The notes under the pieces are model-generated. The model searched no databases and was not told the origin of the DNA. It saw only the letters and a program-made list of their open reading frames with translations. The translations under genes and the position numbers were made by a program. 64,000 nt of DNA from a bacterium (lineage in GTDB: Bacteria; BMS3Abin14): contig JARGFZ010000002.1 in NCBI GenBank assembly GCA_029210965.1, forward strand, positions 63,016 through 127,015, read 5' to 3'. Shown here in pieces: positions 50,276-59,248 of this stretch; the first letter of the stretch is position 1, and each line of letters begins with the position of its first letter.

Positions 50276-50653
50276 ATGGCGGAAAGACTTCAGGTTTACA
50301 AATGTGGAGTGTGCGGCAATATCGTGGAAGTGGCTCATGGCGGGGCCGGGGAGTTGGTCTGCTGCGGACAGCCCATGAACCTCCTGGTTGAAAACACCAC
50401 CGATGCTGCCGTGGAAAAGCATGTTCCGGTGGTTGAGGAGCTGGAGCACGGCATCAAGGTTACGGTAGGAAGCGTCCCCCATCCCATGGGTGATGACCAT
50501 TATATCGAGTGGATAGAGGTAGTGGCTGGCGGCAGGTCATACACAGAATATCTGTCTCCCGGCGGCGCTGCTGAAGCCACATTTTGTGTAAAGGCTGCCG
50601 AGGTGACCATGGTTAGGGAGTACTGCAACCTTCATGGGCATTGGAAAGCGTAG
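50276..50653 (+). CDS. dfx: Desulfoferrodoxin (2Fe superoxide reductase)
   Basis: N-terminal desulforedoxin [10 protein letters not shown]...CCGQPM plus a SOR domain (EKHVPV...H...C). AAAGGAGA RBS 8 nt upstream of the ATG. Confidence 0.9.
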   Translation: MAERLQVYKCGVCGNIVEVAHGGAGELVCCGQPMNLLVENTTDAAVEKHVPVVEELEHGIKVTVGSVPHPMGDDHYIEWIEVVAGGRSYTEYLSPGGAAEATFCVKAAEVTMVREYCNLHGHWKA

Positions 50654-50658
50654 AATTC

Positions 50659-50695
50659 AGTAGCCAGTAGCCAGTAGCCAGTAGCCAGTAGCCAG
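50659..50695. repeat. Tandem heptamer array (AGTAGCC)5
   Basis: Read directly, immediately after the dfx stop. Confidence 0.9.
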
Positions 50696-50712
50696 ATTTA
50701 AAATGTGTTTGA

Positions 50713-50752
50713 ACCCGGAGAAGAGATTCTCCGGGTTTTTTTATCCAACCTT
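50713..50752 (+). terminator. Rho-independent terminator after dfx
   Basis: cccggagaagagattctccggg hairpin followed by a T8 run. Confidence 0.75.
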
Positions 50753-51080
50753 GAATCATCTCCATACTTTTAATCCTCTTCCTAGCAGCGTGTCGGGAAA
50801 CCATCCCACGCTGCTAGATATGTTTGCCGAAAGGCGTGTCCTTTAATAAAGGCGATTTTAACTGCTTAATTTACCTGGCCTTTTAAGAACGCTATTTTCC
50901 GGCAAACTCCAGCTAGGAGCCTGAATGGGGTTCTCCGACAGGCTCCTAGTGTTCCTTGGTCCGCTAAGGGCTCTACTATTTGATGTCGGTCAAAAAGCCT
51001 CTGTTTTAAGCCCTTTCAGGGAGGTTTTTTCTTTGTTGTTTCGAAAAGGTTGTTATATTTGGACCATCGAAACGATTAAC

Positions 51081-51111
51081 CTGGGTACTGGGTACCGGGT
51101 ACTGGGTACCG
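51081..51111. repeat. Tandem heptamer array (CTGGGTA/CCGGGTA)n
   Basis: ctgggta ctgggta ccgggta ctgggta, just upstream of the RBS of the 4Fe-4S gene. Confidence 0.85.
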
Positions 51112-51129
51112 ACCCTAAGGAGGTTCACA

Positions 51130-52011
51130 ATGGCAGTCAGAACAATGGTTCATATCGACGAAGACAAGTGTGACGGATGCGGATTGTGCGTACCCGATTG
51201 CGCTGAGGGCGCCCTCCAGATAGTGGATGGCAAGGCTAAGCTGGTAAGCGATATCTATTGCGATGGTTTGGGTGCGTGTCTGGGTTCCTGCCCCCAGGAC
51301 GCGATAACAATGGTAGATCGGGATGCCGATGAGTATGACGAAGGTGCTGTCAATGATCGCCTCAAGGATCTGGGCAGGGATCCTCTTCCCCACGGTCATG
51401 ACGACGCGGAAACTGGATCGCAGGATTGTGAACCGGCTGATAACAAGGTTGAAGATTCAGCCTGCGGATGTTCCGGAACACTTTCCCAGAGTTTTGATAA
51501 ACCTCAGGCCGTGCCAGCGCCGGCTGCTCCCAGGATGGGTGGTTGTCCGGGATCGCGTTCCCAGAGTTTTGACGCGCCCAAGGCTTCACCATCAGCCGAC
51601 CAGGCGGGACCTGTAGCCTCCAGGCTTGGCAACTGGCCGGTGCAGATCATGCTTGTTCCCCCCAAGGCTCCCTATCTTGATGGTGCGGATCTGCTCCTTG
51701 CTGCTGACTGCGCACCCTTTGCCTACGGGGATTTTCACCGCCGCTTCATGGAGGGCAAGACACTCCTCGTTGGTTGCCCCAAACTGGACGATACCCAGGT
51801 CTATGTAGAGAAGCTCAGTCATATGTTCAGGGAAAACAATATCAATTCGATCAGCGTTGTTTACATGGAGGTTCCATGCTGTACCGGTCTCGTCCAGTTG
51901 ACCCAGGAGGCACTCAGGAAGAGTAGGGCCAATATCCCGACGACCCTGTACCGGGTAGGCATCAAGGGGGATTTCGTTGAGGAGAGAACCCTGGATCAGT
52001 CGGCGGCGTGA
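51130..52011 (+). CDS. 4Fe-4S dicluster domain protein with an internal tandem repeat and an uncharacterised Cys-containing C-terminal domain
   Basis: Two ferredoxin CxxCxxCxxxCP motifs. Then two repeats of about 22 aa (C[SP]G..SQSFD.P). The C-terminal domain carries DCAPFAY, VGCPKLDD and EVPCCTGL. Confidence 0.6.
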   Translation: MAVRTMVHIDEDKCDGCGLCVPDCAEGALQIVDGKAKLVSDIYCDGLGACLGSCPQDAITMVDRDADEYDEGAVNDRLKDLGRDPLPHGHDDAETGSQDCEPADNKVEDSACGCSGTLSQSFDKPQAVPAPAAPRMGGCPGSRSQSFDAPKASPSADQAGPVASRLGNWPVQIMLVPPKAPYLDGADLLLAADCAPFAYGDFHRRFMEGKTLLVGCPKLDDTQVYVEKLSHMFRENNINSISVVYMEVPCCTGLVQLTQEALRKSRANIPTTLYRVGIKGDFVEERTLDQSAA

Positions 52012-52263
52012 GGTATCGTGCATGCGTAGAGCGTGAGTACGTGGGTGCGGGAACGCCGCCTGATGGGTTTTTAGGCCGGAGATCAGACTTCCAGCAGCTC
52101 TTGTTTATTGCTGATTACTGATCACCGATCAACGATCACTGAAATATTTACAGCCGGGGAAGGAGGAACCGCAGTTTCCTTTTCCCCCGGCTGTAGTTTT
52201 GATAATATGATACACCGTGGTTATATTCATTCGTAGACGAATACCCAAACCAGGAGGCACATA

Positions 52264-52752
52264 ATGGAGAGAAAAGCAGCCTACGGTCCCTATGAAGCGG
52301 TCACTTTGGGGATCCAGTTGGAAGATGATGGGTTTACATTTTATTCCGCGGTGGCAGGAGCTTCAGTGGACCACCGTGTGAAAGACCTTTTCAGCTACCT
52401 GGCGGATGCGGAGATCGAGCATAAAAGAGTCATTCGGGAGGAGATCGCGCCCCTGTTTAAACCGGAATGGTACAAGGAGGAAGATCAGCAGCAGTTGGCT
52501 GAATATTTAAAGGACGTGGAGCAGCAGCCAGTATTTCCGGAGCCTGACAAGGCTGTGGAGTTTGCCAAGTCCATGAAGGACGCGCACAGGGCCGTGGATA
52601 TCGGTATTCTGGCCGAGGAGAGGGCCCGTGACTATTTCGCTTTTTTGAGAGATACCACCCGGGACCAGGAGGGAAAGGATATATTTCAGCGGCTGCACCT
52701 GGAAGAGATAAAACATCTGGAACTGTTGCTGAACCTCCGGAAAGAGCTTTGA
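52264..52752 (+). CDS. Ferritin-like/rubrerythrin-family diiron protein (erythrin-like)
   Basis: Two ExxH-containing helices (LADAEIEH ... LHLEEIKHLE). 162 aa. Confidence 0.6.
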   Translation: MERKAAYGPYEAVTLGIQLEDDGFTFYSAVAGASVDHRVKDLFSYLADAEIEHKRVIREEIAPLFKPEWYKEEDQQQLAEYLKDVEQQPVFPEPDKAVEFAKSMKDAHRAVDIGILAEERARDYFAFLRDTTRDQEGKDIFQRLHLEEIKHLELLLNLRKEL

Positions 52753-53066
52753 ACTAAAAGCTTTTCACCACAGAGACGCAGAGACCTCAGAGAAAGGCTT
52801 GAACCCTGGAGGAAGGCAAGGGACATGGTGGTTCAGCATAAAGCCTGGCAGCCAAATACGCTCGGTCCCGTTTTCCTCAGCCTTCTTTATACATTTATTA
52901 TCCCGTTTGGCTCCGTTGATTCACAGTTCCGGAGTAGGTTATGAACGGGTGATGAAAAAATTGCATGTGGAGTCAGGAGTGACAGATCCCGGATCTGAGA
53001 AATAATGTCTCGTTTGCAGGTACTCTATCTCCGGATGAGTTCCTAAAAAAAGGGAGGTCAGAATCG

Positions 53067-53588
53067 ATGTCGGATATTAGAGAGGCAAACGTGGAAGCTC
53101 TCCAGATCGCCCTGGATACCGAGAAAAAGGGCTACATATTCTACAAGGTCGCTGCGAAGAGCAGCAAAGACCCCAAAGGGCAGGAGGTGTTCGAGCACCT
53201 GGCAAAGGATGAGATCGAGCACATGGGCGTGATCGCGGCGGTATTTCAGTCGTTGACCAACAATGAGCCCTGGATGACTTACGAAGAGGCGGTGGATAAG
53301 TACGGTTCCACACCCAGGGAAAAGATCATCTTCCCCGATGTGCCGGAGGAGGCCCAGGAAGGTTTTGACGACCTCAAGGCTCTCGAAGAAGCACTGGAGT
53401 TTGAAAAAAAAGCGGTGCAGTTCTACACAGCCCAGGCTGCCGATGTCGGAGACGGGAATGCCAGGGCCTTTTATCAGAGCCTCATCGAGATCGAGGCAGG
53501 TCACGTGCAGATCATCCAGGCCGAACTGGATTCCCTCATGGGGACCGGTTTCTGGCTGGGTTCCCAGGAGATATCGCTGGAGCACTAG
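53067..53588 (+). CDS. Ferritin-like/rubrerythrin-family diiron protein (paralog of 52264..52752)
   Basis: LAKDEIEHMG ... IEIEAGHVQ; 173 aa. Confidence 0.6.
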   Translation: MSDIREANVEALQIALDTEKKGYIFYKVAAKSSKDPKGQEVFEHLAKDEIEHMGVIAAVFQSLTNNEPWMTYEEAVDKYGSTPREKIIFPDVPEEAQEGFDDLKALEEALEFEKKAVQFYTAQAADVGDGNARAFYQSLIEIEAGHVQIIQAELDSLMGTGFWLGSQEISLEH

Positions 53589-53623
53589 GGATCAGACGCG
53601 GCGACGCGGAGACACGGAGACAC

Positions 53624-53656
53624 AAAGGCGGTCACAACCCGCCCTTTCTTTTTTGG
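53624..53656 (+). terminator. Rho-independent terminator after the second ferritin-like gene
   Basis: aaaggcgg tcacaac ccgccctttcttttttg: a GC stem followed by a T-run. Confidence 0.5.
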
Positions 53657-53692
53657 GGAAGATGATTAAATAGAGAAAGTGGCAAGAGATCA

Positions 53693-53717
53693 GGGATAAG
53701 GGATAAGGGATAAGAGA
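53693..53717. repeat. Tandem heptamer array (GGGATAA)3-4
   Basis: Read directly. Confidence 0.85.
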
Positions 53718-53796
53718 AGATCCTTCTATGCAGGCTTTCTAATTTACTGTAACACTTATCTCTTAGAAATCAGGACTGGATCAAGGAGGTTTTCGT

Positions 53797-54189
53797 TTGT
53801 TCTTAAGACTTTTTTTACTCTTCACTCTCATCCCCGCTATTGAGCTTTTTCTCATCATCAAGGTGGGTTCAGTGATCGGTGCCCTTAACACCATTCTCAT
53901 CATCATTTTCACAGGTATTCTGGGCGCCTATTACGCCCGGGAGCAGGGGTTCAGGGTCGTCAGCAATATCCAGATGAAGATGCAGCAGGGGGTTGCTCCC
54001 GGGGATGACCTGATCAACGGTGCCATGCTACTGGTGGGCGGTGCTTTTCTTATCACCCCGGGCTTTCTTACTGACTTCGCGGGTTTTGCCCTTATCTTCC
54101 CCCCCACGAGAGAGGCGATCAAGGTGGGTGTGAAGCGCTCTCTGGAGAAAAGGGTGCGCCAGGGGCAGGTGAAGGTGTATCGGTATTAA
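53797..54189 (+). CDS. fxsA: FxsA-family inner membrane protein
   Basis: LLFTLIPAIELFLIIKVGSVIG plus 3 TMs; 130 aa. Confidence 0.75.
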   Translation: MFLRLFLLFTLIPAIELFLIIKVGSVIGALNTILIIIFTGILGAYYAREQGFRVVSNIQMKMQQGVAPGDDLINGAMLLVGGAFLITPGFLTDFAGFALIFPPTREAIKVGVKRSLEKRVRQGQVKVYRY

Positions 54190-54946
54190 AAAGCAGAACC
54201 CAGTAGCCAGGATCCAGTAGCCAGTAGGGCAAACCGCCTGACACGGAGACACGGTGACGCGGAGACACGGGGTTAAAACTGGTGGTCGGTGATCGGTAAA
54301 GCCGAACCCGAATTCGAACCCGGGAGCGATCTTAGGCAAAAGCTTTTGACATGGATGAAGGGGATAGATGGGATGATTGGTGAAACCCTGAAATCCCCTC
54401 TTGTCATTGCGAGCGAAGCGCGGCAATCCCGGTTTACATAAAGACGGTGTTTTCCACTACCGTGAATGTTGGTTTGTTTTTGCTAGTCACGAGCTACTAG
54501 CCACAAGATCTCTTTTGAATCTTGAATTGCCCTTTCGCTCAGTCGCCAAGTCGCCTAGTCGGAAAGTCGGTTGTTAATGACCCTTATCTTCCATCTCTAT
54601 CTAATCGCTCCTCTTGTCCTGGTAGTTTTCATATACCGTTCGGGTAAGCGATCCTGGTAAACCCTCGTAACCGTTCCGGTAGCCTTCTATTCCCTCCCCG
54701 TACTTGTTGTGATCGGATTCTACCTTCTGCGCACTCCCATACAGCAGGGGAGATTCCTGGCAGAGTTCGGCCCGATCTTGAGCCTGGTCTTTCCTCCGGA
54801 AGATCTTTATGTCCCCTTGGCTTCTGTGGCTCTCGGACCGGTCAAGAAAGAATACAGCGCTGATTTTATTCATAAATATGTTGGCTATCATGCGGTGGAG
54901 ATATCCATACCCGGTAAGTCGAAAATGAGATGCCGGGCTCAAAGCT

Positions 54947-56052
54947 GAAGTGCAACACTTAGAGGAGTTAAAGTGTTGCAATGGAAAAGACATACGAGCA
55001 TTTGGATTGCACGGAACGTGCGATGATTCAATTGGGGCTGGAGCAAGGGCTTTCGTTGCGATCAATCGCCCGAAGTTTGCATCGCCCCGTGAGTACAGTG
55101 AGTCAGGAATTACATCGGAATGGTTGGGAGCCTCCCGCGGTTCGTATGGGGCGGCGGGGCCGACGTCCGGTGGCGGGCGGTTATCAGGCCGTGCGAGCTG
55201 AACAACGCGCCAGACAAGTGGAGTGTCAGCCGAGAAAAGCCAAGCGACTGGTTCCGGGCGAGGCGCTCTGGAACGAAGTCGTTAATCTCTTGAAGGCTGG
55301 CAACTCACCGGAGCAGGTTTCTGCTACACTGAAGCGTATGCACCCTGAAGAGCCGCAGTTCCAGGTCAGCCATGAGACCATCTACACGGCGATCTACGCG
55401 ATGCCGCGCGGCGAGTTGCGCAAGGAGATCATTGCCTTGTTGCGACAATCACGCAAGAAGCGTCGGCCACGCACCCGCGGGGAAGATCGACGTGGCAGCA
55501 TACCGAACATGGTCAGCATTCATGAGCGACCTGCCGAAGTGGAAGAACGGCTGGTCCCGGGCCACTGGGATGGTGATCTGATCAAGGGGGCGCGCAACGC
55601 CTCAGCTGTCGGGACACTGGTGGAACGCAGCTGCTTGTTTGTGACCCTGGCCAAAGTCGACAATGCCAGCACCGAAACCGCAGAAAAAGGATTCAGCTTC
55701 GTTCTCAACCGGATTGATGCCCAACGGCGATTGAGTATGACCTACGACCAGGGCAAGGAGATGGCCTGTCACGAGAAGTTGGCCGAGAACACGAAAATCA
55801 AGGTCTACTTTGCCGACCCACATAGCCCTTGGCAACGCGGTATCAACGAGAACACCAATGGGTTGCTGCGCCAGTATTTGCCAAATAGAACAGACCTGTC
55901 TGCTTACTCTCAAAAGGAGCTTGACCAGATTGCCTTGAAGCTTAACACCAGGCCGAGGAAAAGCCTTGGCTGGAAGTGCCCGGCGGAAATCTTCTTGCCG
56001 GACTTTAATTTTGAAGAATATTATGGGCGCATCTTAAACCCTGTTGCACTTC
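54947..56052 (+). mobile_element. IS30-family insertion sequence (about 1.1 kb) with 11-bp terminal inverted repeats GAAGTGCAACA
   Basis: Left end gaagtgcaaca (about 54947) and right end tgttgcacttc (about 56052) are exact reverse complements. A single transposase ORF lies between them. Confidence 0.8.
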
Positions 56053-56060
56053 GAACTTGA
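54981..56060 (+). CDS. IS30-family transposase (DDE)
   Basis: N-terminal HTH (LSLRSIARSLHRPVSTVSQELHRN) and a DDE core (HWDGDLI...TYDQGKEM...DPHSPWQRGINENTNGLLRQY). Confidence 0.85.
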   Translation: MEKTYEHLDCTERAMIQLGLEQGLSLRSIARSLHRPVSTVSQELHRNGWEPPAVRMGRRGRRPVAGGYQAVRAEQRARQVECQPRKAKRLVPGEALWNEVVNLLKAGNSPEQVSATLKRMHPEEPQFQVSHETIYTAIYAMPRGELRKEIIALLRQSRKKRRPRTRGEDRRGSIPNMVSIHERPAEVEERLVPGHWDGDLIKGARNASAVGTLVERSCLFVTLAKVDNASTETAEKGFSFVLNRIDAQRRLSMTYDQGKEMACHEKLAENTKIKVYFADPHSPWQRGINENTNGLLRQYLPNRTDLSAYSQKELDQIALKLNTRPRKSLGWKCPAEIFLPDFNFEEYYGRILNPVALRT

Positions 56061-56385
56061 AACCGCCACCTCAAATACAAGAACTGCCGCCTTAAATAAG
56101 CTTAAAAATGTACAATTTAATCCACCAGATGTTTTAATCACTGGTGACGATGTAAGAAATGGCAAACCTCCACCAGAGGGATATTTAATGGCTGCATCCA
56201 CGATTGGAGTTGCGCCTGAAAATTGCGTTGTGGTAGAGGATTCACCCGTTGGCATTGAGGCTGGAAAAAGTGCAGGTATGTATATTATTGTGGTCGAAAC
56301 TACCCACGGGGAAAGTTTTTTACGAAACGCTGATGTGATCGTTGATGATTTATATGATATGTGTATTGCTGAAGTCCCGGCCTGA
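56044..56385 (+). pseudogene. C-terminal fragment of a HAD-IA hydrolase gene, low GC, abutting the IS30 right end
   Basis: The translation VLITGDDVRNGKPPPEGYLMAASTIGVAPENCVVVEDSPVGIEAGKSAGMYIIVV is HAD motifs III/IV only. No N-terminal DxDGT half is present. GC is markedly lower than the surrounding DNA. Confidence 0.55.
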
Positions 56386-56760
56386 CCCTTGTTTCTCTCG
56401 GTTTTAATCCAGTTCAGCCGATCACGGTTTAGGAACATATGGCGGGGAGTTGCGAAAAACCAAACTCAGCCATGTTTGAGCAACAACCCGTCACGGCCTG
56501 TCCCCACATCACCCTGCCCCTTTCATCCCCGACTGCCTTTGCAGGATAACAATCTTCCCACAACCCGACTGCCTGGACATGGCTATGTGAGAGAAAGAGG
56601 TTATTATTTAATAATGGAAAGATTGAAAACGTCCGGTGACGCAGTCAATTCGAATCGATTGAATCAGGTACGCGAGGAGTCTGGCCGACCCCAGATATTT
56701 CAATCCCGGAGAGCAAGGGGTCAAGGGCGGCATGGCGGCCTGAACACATGAAGGTGGGAT

Positions 56761-57489
56761 ATGAAGAAAACGATACTTCTGTTTTTCACAATGGCACTGC
56801 TAGGCAGCTCCCAGGCCGGTGCCCAGAGCCTGGCCGTCTACGGCACTTCGGGGCCCTATGGGCCTATTGGCGAATGTGCCCAGCTCTTTTCGGATGAAAA
56901 CGACGTCCAGGTTCAGGTGACTTCGGCGGCCCGGGGTGAGTGGATGAAAGAGGCTTTGGAAAAGGCTGACCTCATTTTCGAGGCGGCGGAATACACCATG
57001 GACGAATTCATTCAAAAGAACCCGGGGTTCATTGACACACGTTACCGGTATAGCCTCGGTGTGCGGCCATCCGGCATCCTTGTCAGGCCAAACAACCCGA
57101 AAAGGATCAGGAAGTTGGCTGACCTTTACAACCCCGGCATCAAGGTCATGGTCGTTGCTGGTGGCGGACAGACGGGAATATGGGAAGATATGGCGGCAAG
57201 AAAAGGTGATATCTCGACCCTGCGCAAAAACGTCACGGCTATTGCCGCAGATGAGAACGAGGCAATACGGATCTGGAAGGAGAGCAAAGAGCTCGATGCC
57301 TGGATCACCTGGGAATCATGGCACTACCGCCTGAAGACGATCACCGAGTTTGTGCCGGTTGCTGAAAATATCAGGGTCTATCGGAGCACGCCCATCGCCA
57401 TCACAACCCGCTCGCAGAACAAAGAGCTTTCCTTCAAGTTCGTCACCTTCATGCAGTCCGACAAGGCCCAGGAGGTTTTCAAAAAATGA
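56761..57489 (+). CDS. Periplasmic substrate-binding protein (ModA-like molybdate/tungstate/sulfate SBP family), orphan
   Basis: Signal peptide. The LAVYGTSGPYGPIGECAQLF...QVTSAARGEWMKEALEKADLIFEAAE pattern resembles ModA-type SBPs. No intact permease or ATPase is adjacent. Confidence 0.5.
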   Translation: MKKTILLFFTMALLGSSQAGAQSLAVYGTSGPYGPIGECAQLFSDENDVQVQVTSAARGEWMKEALEKADLIFEAAEYTMDEFIQKNPGFIDTRYRYSLGVRPSGILVRPNNPKRIRKLADLYNPGIKVMVVAGGGQTGIWEDMAARKGDISTLRKNVTAIAADENEAIRIWKESKELDAWITWESWHYRLKTITEFVPVAENIRVYRSTPIAITTRSQNKELSFKFVTFMQSDKAQEVFKK

Positions 57490-58189
57490 GGCTGGAAATA
57501 GAATAAACGCCAGTATGACGGGGAGCCGCCTGATAAAAGGGCGGCTCCCCGCGTTGATATCCTGCCAGGATGACCTGGTTCTCGCACCCCGGCTGTTTAG
57601 TCAGGCTCATGAGGGCGTCCCTCATCTGCAGAAAACCGATGAGGTACTCGAAGGTAACACGCCACATTGTCTCCATGGAGAGGAACAGGAAAAGGACCAG
57701 GGCTGCAAAGGCAGCCTGGTCGCGGGGTCTGACATGGTCCAGGATCAGCTTTAGGATCCTTCAGCAACCATCCAGTACCTGCGCTTTACCCGCATCGCCG
57801 AATACCAGCTAAGCACGGGGATCCCCAGCGCGCCAAGGTAATAACACACAAGCAGCACGGGAAAGCTGATAAAGTTCCGGAAGCTCAGAATATCTATTAA
57901 CCCCTGCATTCGAAGCACCTCCCCTTTGCCGACCCCGACCAGAAGGTTCAACATCTCCAGGCAGTATAAGTTAAATTGCAGCCTGCCGAAAGGTCGAGGT
58001 AGAGGGGGTCAGGAATCTTTGGAGTTCGTCTTGGGGGGCTCTTCCTGGGGTCAGGATTTCCACCTTTGATTATGGTTTCACTTTCACAACCGTATCAACA
58101 ACCTGTCAGTTTTCTGGAGGTGTAATATAAAAGAGAAAAGCATCGATCCCAAGGTATATGATCTATACGATGAATACGCTCACACTCTC

Positions 58190-59008
58190 ATGGATAGACG
58201 CACCTTTTTCAATGTGGCATCAGCGCTGGCTGTGGTCGGCGGAACCGGTCTTGCTATGGCTGAAGCCATGATGCCCCGCTACGCCGAAGCGCAGACTATC
58301 TCCTTTACAGATGAGCGAATCAAGGCACGTTATGTGGAATATGACTCTCCTGGCGGCACATCAGGCAAGATGCGAGGGTACCTGGTCAAGCCAGCCGGAG
58401 GTGGCCCCTTTCCAGCGGTACTGGTTATCCATGAAAATAGGGGCTTGAATCCATACATTGAAGACGTGGCACGCAGGGCAGCGGCGGAAGGTTTTCTCGC
58501 CCTGGCACCTGACGGGCTCTCACCCATAGGCGGCTACCCCGGAAACGATGACGACGGCAAGGTCATGCAAAGTTCTTTAGATGCAGCCAAGCTTTTTACC
58601 GATCTGCTCAACAGCGCCAGATATCTGAAAGGTCACGAGCTGTCTAGCGGCAAGCTTGGCGCCACGGGTTTCTGCTATGGCGGGGGCGTGGTTAATAACC
58701 TGGCCATCGTTATGGGAACGGACCTGAATGCCGGAGCTCCTTTTTACGGTATGGCCCCGGCCACTGAAGATGTACCTAAGATAAAGGCACCTTTGATGAT
58801 CCATTATGCCGAGGACGATCCCCGGATCAATGCTTCAAGTGAAGCCTACCGCGGCGCCCTGGAAAAAAACGGGAATGATTTTGTCATGTACACCTACGAG
58901 GGGACCCGTCACGGCTTCCATAACAATTCCACGCCCCGTTATGATGAAGCACAAGCAAATATAGCCTGGGAGAGGACCGTGGCATTTTTCAAAAAACACC
59001 TCTCCTGA
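58190..59008 (+). CDS. Dienelactone hydrolase-family protein with Tat signal
   Basis: MDRRTFFNVASALAVVGG twin-arginine motif. Has GFCYGGG nucleophile-elbow and VLVIHENRGLNPYIEDVARR motifs. Confidence 0.8.
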   Translation: MDRRTFFNVASALAVVGGTGLAMAEAMMPRYAEAQTISFTDERIKARYVEYDSPGGTSGKMRGYLVKPAGGGPFPAVLVIHENRGLNPYIEDVARRAAAEGFLALAPDGLSPIGGYPGNDDDGKVMQSSLDAAKLFTDLLNSARYLKGHELSSGKLGATGFCYGGGVVNNLAIVMGTDLNAGAPFYGMAPATEDVPKIKAPLMIHYAEDDPRINASSEAYRGALEKNGNDFVMYTYEGTRHGFHNNSTPRYDEAQANIAWERTVAFFKKHLS

Positions 59009-59248
59009 TATTTCCAGGATACTCTTGAAGTACCTTTCGACTCAGGGTCTGCAAGGGGGTCAGAGTGGGAAGGGAATTATAGGCTAAAGGTTAAGGGATA
59101 AAGGTGAATCTATAAGTGCAGTAGAGCAGAAAGTGCAGCAGTGCACTCATGCACCGTATTCCCTGCACTTATGCCCTGCCTTCTTCATTTTTAACCGTTC
59201 TCCCCTTCGACAGGCTCAGGGCCTCAGGCTTTCTCCTTTTCCCTGTTT

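Noticed and set aside
54028-54426. 132-aa minus-strand ORF containing an RFARNDKRGF peptide
   Set aside because: It overlaps the fxsA 3' end and is built from heptamer arrays and the cttgtcattgcgagc dispersed repeat. The same RFARND peptide arises from another repeat copy at about 35480, which marks it as a repeat translation artefact.
54601-55065. 154-aa minus-strand ORF spanning the IS30 left end
   Set aside because: Its 5' half reads through the IS30 TIR and transposase start on the opposite strand. At most the 3' 90 codons (54601..about 54870) could be a genuine small gene, and there is no supporting homology.
56389-56751. 120-aa ORF between the HAD fragment and the SBP gene
   Set aside because: Pro/Arg-rich low-complexity translation with no RBS. 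It is likely non-coding spacer between the IS-associated fragment and the SBP promoter.
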